The notes beneath the pieces are model-generated. The model searched no databases. It was given only the letters and a program-made list of their open reading frames with translations, and was not told the origin of the DNA. A DNA stretch of 64,000 bases from positions 1 through 64,000 of the IMG/VR virus record IMGVR_UViG_3300036715_004471, one strand, 5' to 3'. The stretch's first letter is position 1. Each line of letters begins with the position of its first letter. The position numbers and the translations under genes are program-made. Shown here piece after piece: positions 57,961 to 64,000 of the stretch.

Positions 57961-58374
57961 TCAAACCAGCTGGCTGTTATTCAGCCAAGCCTTCGCAGCC
58001 AGAACGGCGCGAGTGGGAGCAGTCTTGCTGACAGCCAGCGAAGACATCAGAACAACCTGAGTCTCAAAATGATTCAGGTTATCCAAACCATCCATCTCGA
58101 TCTCGATGGGCGACTTGGCAAGACGACCTTCGGCAATACCACGTCCGCGAGATCGATCAAACTTGTCACCCGCAACCGGGGAAGGCGAACCCTTCTTACC
58201 AGGATTGACCACGGAAAGCTGATAGCTCAGCTTGTCGCCAGAAACGTTGAAGGCAACGCAGCCGATCATCGGCGCTCCACGGAAGCAAGCGCGCCGCTCA
58301 TCATCCGTCTTGGCGGCGGAAACAAGGGCAGTGACGACACGGGGATCACGGAGGTACACGAACTTATTCGACAT
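57961..58374 (-). CDS. hypothetical phage protein
   Basis: DKFDRSRGRGIAEGRL. Confidence 0.65.
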   Translation of the reverse strand: MSNKFVYLRDPRVVTALVSAAKTDDERRACFRGAPMIGCVAFNVSGDKLSYQLSVVNPGKKGSPSPVAGDKFDRSRGRGIAEGRLAKSPIEIEMDGLDNLNHFETQVVLMSSLAVSKTAPTRAVLAAKAWLNNSQLV

Positions 58375-58472
58375 TATTCGATCCTATTCTGATGGGGTTG
58401 TGTGTTGAAACGAGGACCGTAGTCCTAAAAAAGTACCCAAAAACAGCGCGAATTTACAGCATTCGCACTTAT

Positions 58473-59108
58473 CTACTTCAAACCAGGCTCATTGCGGAAG
58501 AGAGCGTCGCTCATCTTTTGGTAAAGACCCTTGAACGAAGCGAAGAGAAAGTCAATCAGCTTGCGCAGGGGGTCGTTGATGACCGTGCCAACCATCGAGA
58601 ATGGCCAGAAACCAATCCAGCCAGTGATACGCGACTTGTGATCGCTGGCGCGGGGGCGCATATTCCAGGTGCCACCGTAGTAGTGGCGATCTCTGAGACC
58701 GTAAGAATACGTCTCTTGCATCGTCGTACCACGATCGATGACCGTGATATAGCCGGTACGAAGAAACTCGGAAAAATCGTGAGATAGACTCTCTGGAATC
58801 TGAGCATCGGGATCCAGACCGCGCTTCTTGAGGAACCAAGACTTGCGCTCACGATAGGCATCGCGGAATCCGATGAGGAAGAAGAACCACTTACCGAAGC
58901 TCCAGACCACACCGGCAATCAGGTAAGCTCCTGCAAAGCACAGGGCAGTCTGCCAGTTCTCCACAATCCAGGAAAGAACAAGCGCTTTGTTCACCCAGAA
59001 GTAAAGCCCGCCCGATGCTAGGAGACACAGGGTAGTCCAGGTCCACTTCTCGAAAGCGGTGAAGATGACGCACAAGAGGATGACAAACGCGAGTCCCAGC
59101 CAAAGCAT
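58473..59108 (-). CDS. membrane protein
   Basis: Several TM segments; WIGFWPFS. Confidence 0.7.
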   Translation of the reverse strand: MLWLGLAFVILLCVIFTAFEKWTWTTLCLLASGGLYFWVNKALVLSWIVENWQTALCFAGAYLIAGVVWSFGKWFFFLIGFRDAYRERKSWFLKKRGLDPDAQIPESLSHDFSEFLRTGYITVIDRGTTMQETYSYGLRDRHYYGGTWNMRPRASDHKSRITGWIGFWPFSMVGTVINDPLRKLIDFLFASFKGLYQKMSDALFRNEPGLK

Positions 59109-59171
59109 TGAACTTTTCCTTGAAAGATTTTACAGTCAAAGTCCCGAGAACATCTCGTGGACCAGTGATTG

Positions 59172-59960
59172 TCAGAGTTCCGATGGAACGAAGGAGTTGA
59201 GACCACCCAAACCATTGTCCACGAGATGGGGATTTTGGGGGTCAGTAATACACTCAGTCCCGTTGACTTGGAACTTGTATTGGAAACCATTTCCCGGCGG
59301 GATGAAAACCGTGGTCGACCAAACGCCATCCTTGAGATGCAGGTACTGCCCATGCTTCCAAGAACGATAATCGTTGTAATAATCTCCCATTACCTTGACA
59401 GAAGATTCTTTTCCGGTCGACACCAACGAAAAGGTGTGAGGTCGAAGAACTTCCGACACAGAGATATTGAGAGTGTTACCCGTTCTGGAGTTGACGAATG
59501 TATGAACATCCTTCCAGCCATTCTTGGCGAGAACTTTGTTCTGCGGAGAGTTACTCGCCACGTCCGTGCAAATCAGAAGAGAATATCCTTCATGATGGGC
59601 GATGGCTTTCCTAAAAGCGTTCAACCTAGTTGCCACGCCCTTACCACGAAACTTGTGGTAGACGGAGCTTTTGGTAGAAAGAAGAATTCCACAGCACGCC
59701 GGAAACTGCTGAAGATTGAACTCGCTGATCCAACCGTTGTACCAGTTATTGTCACGGTTAGGTTCAGGAACGTGCCTCATATCCACCCGGAAATGAACAG
59801 GGTTCTGTTCATCCTTGATGAAGTATAGGTTTTCCATCTTCAACTCATACCAATTGCTCTTGGCATGACGCATCTTGATTATCACAGGAAATCCGAGGAT
59901 CTTCTCTAGATCCGCTTTACATGAGTCGATGGGATTCATTCTATTCCTCATAGGGAGCAT
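59172..59960 (-). CDS. GNAT acetyltransferase fused to CBM48/AMPK-beta glycogen-binding domain
   Basis: VYHKFRGKGVAT; C-terminal VKVMGD..W..GVWS..PPG..YKFQVNG..DPQNP..NS. Confidence 0.8.
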   Translation of the reverse strand: MLPMRNRMNPIDSCKADLEKILGFPVIIKMRHAKSNWYELKMENLYFIKDEQNPVHFRVDMRHVPEPNRDNNWYNGWISEFNLQQFPACCGILLSTKSSVYHKFRGKGVATRLNAFRKAIAHHEGYSLLICTDVASNSPQNKVLAKNGWKDVHTFVNSRTGNTLNISVSEVLRPHTFSLVSTGKESSVKVMGDYYNDYRSWKHGQYLHLKDGVWSTTVFIPPGNGFQYKFQVNGTECITDPQNPHLVDNGLGGLNSFVPSEL

Positions 59961-60116
59961 CTCCCCAACCAGAAGTGGTGCTTTGAAGGCAGAAGTCTAA
60001 CCACCAACCATCCCAGTTATTAGGACCGCTGGCATGAAGCATAAACTTCTTCCTCAGTTTCAGAATCTGCATCCGAATTTCTGCTTCGGTTAGCATGACT
60101 CAATTACCTTTCTTAG

Positions 60117-60295
60117 TGCGCCTAATGGGAGGCGAACCCACAACCTCCATCGTGTTAGGATGGCACTCTTCCTGATGCTTATGCTTATCGGACAGTGTAA
60201 GAGTTACCCCCACACGAAAGGAAGCTTGCGCATCCAAGTGCAGGAGGATTACTTAGCAGTGCCGGGCAAGGCATGAATTTTTGAGCTTCAGGCGC
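60117..60295 (-). ncRNA. tRNA-like RNA (179 nt)
   Basis: GCGCCTG/TAGGCGC + A; GTGGG-TTCGCCT-CCCAT; several internal hairpins. Confidence 0.6.
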
Positions 60296-60525
60296 GAAAC
60301 GTGGTGCGCCTAATCAGCACACCAAAACTCAGGCTTAGGACTTACCGGGTTACGATTTGGTGTCCAGCCAACCACACACATACGGATGCGAATCACTCCA
60401 TTTGCACCTGTCTATTATCCTTTGCAGGATTCACCAAGCAGCGTAGGTATGAGATTGCAACCGATATCTATGCAGTATTTATAATCCAGATGTTCGTGGG
60501 CTTGCGCCGGGGTCTTACCTCATCA

Positions 60526-60593
60526 TGCACGCGGGGATCGAACCCGCCATCTCCACAATTTATTGTGGTGAGTTCTCTTTGAACTCTTCTGCA
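60526..60593 (-). ncRNA. embedded tRNA-like cloverleaf
   Basis: GAGTTC/GAACTC, CCACAA/TTGTGG, GCGGG-TTCGATC-CCCGC. Confidence 0.55.
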
Positions 60594-60699
60594 ACAATGA
60601 AACTCAACCTCCATAAAACTGGCTCACGTAGATAGAATGCTTTTAAGGCATTACCTATGAACCAACAAGCATATTGTTAATCTCGCAAAAATCTTAGCA

Positions 60700-60780
60700 T
60701 CGCTTGTGTGGACTCGAACCACATAGCCTAAGCACCTCACTTAAAATGCGAGGCGACTCTCCCAGGAGTCAAACAAACGA
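60700..60780 (-). tRNA. embedded atypical tRNA-like element (UUU loop)
   Basis: TCGTTTG/CAAGCGA, GACTC/GAGTC, CCTCGC-ATTTTAA-GTGAGG, TGTGG-TTCGAGT-CCACA. Confidence 0.6.
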
Positions 60781-61016
60781 AACCTCAGCGAGCACTCATC
60801 TTGCCAGCCATCGAGAACCTCACGGTCTCAACATGAGATAGTACATCTTTCTCAGTTGCCTTGCGGCACCAGTCGCACAGATGATAGTACCTCAACCCAA
60901 CTTCATGGCATCTGGGTAACCCAAGTGGCTACCTTTGTTTTGGTGCGCTGACTAGGCGCACAACATCTTTTACTTCAAAAACAGTTCGCGATCTTGTTGG
61001 AGACCGCAATCACTGT

Positions 61017-61262
61017 TCAGCGGCTCTTGCCCACGCGCGCAGTCGCGTCCGTCCACGAGTACGCGAAGCGCTTGCGCTTGACGTTGTAATCGCCCTTGGT
61101 CCAAGCATAGGTCACCGTACCGTTGGTGGCACGAAGCTCACCATCGAAGGTGTAGTAGAAGCTCAGGGCACCAGCCAACGTGGCATTCTTCGGAAGACCC
61201 GAATAAGCGCCAGGGTTGAGCGTCTGCAAACGGGCGGCGTCGAAACCGATTCTCTTGTTCAT
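61017..61262 (-). CDS. hypothetical protein
   Basis: 81 aa, AAGGA RBS. Confidence 0.6.
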   Translation of the reverse strand: MNKRIGFDAARLQTLNPGAYSGLPKNATLAGALSFYYTFDGELRATNGTVTYAWTKGDYNVKRKRFAYSWTDATARVGKSR

Positions 61263-61283
61263 GATGATTGTTCCTTGTGAGGG

Positions 61284-61556
61284 TTAGATGGGATTAGCGG
61301 GACGCTCGAAATGAAGAGCACTCCACCAAGCCTGGTATCGTTGAAGCGTGTACGTATCCGTAAACGTGTTGAAAATCTCTGTGAGCTTGTCTCGTGTCTG
61401 ATCTCCATTGAAAAGACCCCAATCTGTATTGACCATTGTGCCATGGTAAGCAACCATGTACGTTTCCCACTGCCTATCAAAAGTTTCCTTATCTGGCAAT
61501 GGGAAAATTACAAGAGGAGCTTGACCTCTTTTGACGCGAACTTTTCTGGGAGTCAT
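61284..61556 (-). CDS. hypothetical protein
   Basis: 90 aa, AAGGA RBS. Confidence 0.6.
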   Translation of the reverse strand: MTPRKVRVKRGQAPLVIFPLPDKETFDRQWETYMVAYHGTMVNTDWGLFNGDQTRDKLTEIFNTFTDTYTLQRYQAWWSALHFERPANPI

Positions 61557-61629
61557 TTAGAATCCTTACTCGTCGAGTGCTTAAGGCGCTCACGAATCAA
61601 CGGAGGAAGAAGAAGATGCCACTGATTCG

Positions 61630-62685
61630 TCAATCAATGTCATACCACATACCGTAGCGCGTCATGCACTCGATACGAACCAGCGAATCAGTCATTCCAT
61701 CCGGATCATGTCCACCATCGCGGAGTTTGATTCTCAGCGAAATCATGGGCACATTCGAGATGTGAATCATACTCTTGCCAGTCTGGGTATTCTTGACGAC
61801 GGGTTTGCTTTCATCAGCCGTCTGAGCATTGGCGGCATTGCGCTGCCTCATCCTCTCGCGCCACTGTTCCGCAGCACCGGACGGATCACCATTCTGAGTA
61901 GGAGAAAGCGGCTGACCCGCAGGGACGTACTTCCACTTCTGGGTAACAGGATCCCAAAGACGAGCACCATACTCACTGACAAACTCTCCGGGTTTACCAT
62001 TGAGAGATTCCGCAAGAGCCTTGCGACGAGCCTCCGCCTCCTCCTTGCCCTTCTTCATCTTATCGAGAAACTGGCGCTTGCGCTCAGCCACTCGGGGACG
62101 TTCGGCTCTCTTCCATTCCGCCCAATCACCAGAAGGAATGACCTCCTCACGATAAGGAATCTTCCAGCGATTCAGAATGTAACAGTGAGCACGAGTACCA
62201 TCCTCAAGCGAGATAATCCGGCGCGCCGTGCTGCTCGGACAATCCTCAACCGCATTGTCGAGCCATTCGATGGTGCGATTCTTCACCACATAAAGCTCGC
62301 CAACGATGGCGGTCTCGCCACCATCAATGATGGCGGGTACCTCATCGTTCATGTTGATCATCTTGAACTGAGGCAAAGTTTTGGTGGCACCAACGAAGCC
62401 CTTGTCACGGGCGACCGCCACGTTGAGGCGAAAGCCGGAACGGCAAACGCCGAACACGAACAAGTTGTTCGTTCTTTCGACTTCTTTGGGCTCAAGCCTG
62501 GCGTTTGGGGGCATTTGTGTCTCCGGATTTCTCACTGGACCAATCCCGGGTTGAGTATCCTCACCATCCCAAGATAGATCGAACGTTGTCTGTTGATGTC
62601 CAGGACGATCCGGCTCCGTTGATGGGGGAGGCGGAACGCGCAAAAGACCTTCATGACCTTGATATTGTTGGCTTTGCCAAGCCAT
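61630..62685 (-). CDS. protein with divergent GGCT/AIG2-like domain and long extensions
   Basis: LFVFGVCR, GELY, WLD, IPSGDW. Confidence 0.7.
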   Translation of the reverse strand: MAWQSQQYQGHEGLLRVPPPPSTEPDRPGHQQTTFDLSWDGEDTQPGIGPVRNPETQMPPNARLEPKEVERTNNLFVFGVCRSGFRLNVAVARDKGFVGATKTLPQFKMINMNDEVPAIIDGGETAIVGELYVVKNRTIEWLDNAVEDCPSSTARRIISLEDGTRAHCYILNRWKIPYREEVIPSGDWAEWKRAERPRVAERKRQFLDKMKKGKEEAEARRKALAESLNGKPGEFVSEYGARLWDPVTQKWKYVPAGQPLSPTQNGDPSGAAEQWRERMRQRNAANAQTADESKPVVKNTQTGKSMIHISNVPMISLRIKLRDGGHDPDGMTDSLVRIECMTRYGMWYDID

Positions 62686-62699
62686 ATGATTCCTCTAAC

Positions 62700-62739
62700 T
62701 GGAATGCCCTCGCCACCTTCCGGTGGCGAGGGCATTCCA
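62700..62739. terminator. perfect 18-bp hairpin (GGAA loop on minus strand)
   Basis: tggaatgccctcgccacc-ttcc-ggtggcgagggcattcca. Confidence 0.65.
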
Positions 62740-62748
62740 ATGATTGTT

Positions 62749-63993
62749 TCAGATCTTCTTGCCCAGACGAAGAGCGACAATCGCGCTGCTCACCTTGGCG
62801 TTGGGACTGGCGTTGCCGCATCTCCAGGCTTCGAGAGAGCCGTCCTTGGCATCGAGATACCAGTTACGAGCGAGGTTATCGGGCTCCGCGAGAGCGGTCT
62901 CCATGCCATTGGCGAAGATGTTGTACAGGAGTTCCAGATCCTGCGCCGATGCCCAGGAGTAGTGACTCTGATAACAAGCAGCCAGGAGCTTGATGAAAAC
63001 CTCCTTGTTCTTCTCCAGACTCGCACGCGCAGCCGCGACATCGCAGTTGACGATGGTCTGAATCGTCTCCTCCTCAGTCGCCTGCCACAGATCCATCCAG
63101 CCCTTCTGACCGAGAATCACCACCTTGCGAGCTACATCGATCACCAGGTTCATGATGAACGGATGCGACAACCACGCATTGGAAAGCGGACGGTACTCGA
63201 TACCGTGAGGCGGGAGGCGGTACTCACCGGGAAGACCGTAGAAGATGCGACGCTTCTTTGCGTCGAACTTCGCGAAGAGCGACACGCACGCAACACCAAG
63301 GATGGTATCCAGAGCCTTGACGACAGGCACAGCCTTCTCCTCGGAAGTTTTACCCACTCCGAAGTGCAAGTGACCTCCGGCGCTGCGGAAGGGAACCTCT
63401 CGTCCAGGCGGGAGCTGCGTCTTGATGCCGTAAGCGTTGAGGCTCGGCATACAACCGAAGGCGACATGCTCATCAGCAGCCTCCATCAGCATCTCATGCG
63501 GAATATCGAAGACGCTCTTGATCGCGAGCTTCGCACCGGGGAAGCGCTTGCGCGCGGCATCGTAGACACCACGAAGACCAGCCGCAACCGAATCGGTATG
63601 CACCTCGTTGCAACCAGCCGCAAGCGTCGTGAACTCCGCTTGGAAGCCATCCCAGTACATCTTCTGGGGAGTCGGTCCAGCACCACCACGCGAGCCGTAC
63701 TGCTGGAGAGCGGAGGTGACATCCTTACCATCCTTGCTATCGAGGAAGAGGAAGGCAGGAATCATCTTGCCATCCGCATCCGTCACGAAAATCTCCGGAT
63801 CGGAGCCAATCGTGAAGCCGTAAGCCAGGTTCGTGGGAAGAGAGAGAAGTTTCAGCTTGCTCTTCAGCTCCGGAGGCGTCGACTCACAATCAAACTCATC
63901 GTTCAGATTGAAGTAGGTCACGAACGACGTACCAGTCTCCGTGCAGATGCAGCGAAGGCTGGCATAGTCCATGGTGACGCTCGCCTGCGTCAC
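62749..63993 (-). CDS. phiEco32-like COOH-NH2 ligase type 2 (may extend beyond window)
   Basis: GSDPEIF, DGFQAEF, FGCMP, RSAGGHLHFG, RRIFYG.PGEYR, GIEYRPLSN. Confidence 0.9.
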   Translation of the reverse strand: MTQASVTMDYASLRCICTETGTSFVTYFNLNDEFDCESTPPELKSKLKLLSLPTNLAYGFTIGSDPEIFVTDADGKMIPAFLFLDSKDGKDVTSALQQYGSRGGAGPTPQKMYWDGFQAEFTTLAAGCNEVHTDSVAAGLRGVYDAARKRFPGAKLAIKSVFDIPHEMLMEAADEHVAFGCMPSLNAYGIKTQLPPGREVPFRSAGGHLHFGVGKTSEEKAVPVVKALDTILGVACVSLFAKFDAKKRRIFYGLPGEYRLPPHGIEYRPLSNAWLSHPFIMNLVIDVARKVVILGQKGWMDLWQATEEETIQTIVNCDVAAARASLEKNKEVFIKLLAACYQSHYSWASAQDLELLYNIFANGMETALAEPDNLARNWYLDAKDGSLEAWRCGNASPNAKVSSAIVALRLGKKI

Positions 63994-64000
63994 CAGAAAC

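Larger units (their letters stand above)
60302..60961 (-). ncRNA. large structured RNA (~660 nt) with long terminal helix and CCA end
   Basis: Inverted repeat 60304-60328 / 60937-60961 whose two mismatches are G.U on the minus strand; no minus-strand ORF of 60 aa or more. Confidence 0.7.

Noticed and set aside
60302-60961. MITE or IS remnant
   Set aside because: No target-site duplication noticed, mismatches are G.U-compatible on one strand, and the ACCA end and internal cloverleaves favour RNA. Not fully excluded.
30653-62993. Long plus-strand ORFs (e.g. 30653..31420, 31930..32832, 33352..34377, 44127..45125, 47204..48067, 50068..50919, 61708..62577)
   Set aside because: Antisense shadows of well-supported GC-rich minus-strand genes; no recognisable motifs.

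Overview
This is a 64-kb segment of a large (jumbo-type) bacteriophage genome. Genes are densely packed and almost all on the minus strand; the only convincing plus-strand genes are three AT-rich free-standing endonucleases. No structural or replication core genes are seen, so this is an accessory/host-takeover region. It contains: (i) RNA repair enzymes (RtcB, Rnl2-type ligase, HAD phosphatase, metallophosphoesterase, 2H phosphoesterase); (ii) nucleotide/cofactor genes (Prs, CinA-like/NadD-like fusion, CoaE, PurA, YjjX-type ITPase, a Mesh1-like HD hydrolase); (iii) a dispersed, duplicated phiEco32-like peptide-ligase system (COOH-NH2 ligase plus a degenerate paralog, an amidoligase with an inserted LysM domain, ATP-grasp, two class II glutamine amidotransferases, two GGCT-fold proteins); (iv) two tRNA-Leu(UAA), an amber (CUA) suppressor-type tRNA, and one gene with an in-frame TAG. 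The most unusual signal is non-coding. About ten intergenic minus-strand elements keep a tRNA-type acceptor stem and T-arm (several with encoded CCA) but have enlarged or rebuilt D/anticodon arms. In addition, a ~660-nt element is closed by a 23-25-bp terminal helix ending in ACCA and carries two internal tRNA-like cloverleaves. All assignments come from motif reading and manual base-pairing; no searches or folding programs were run.
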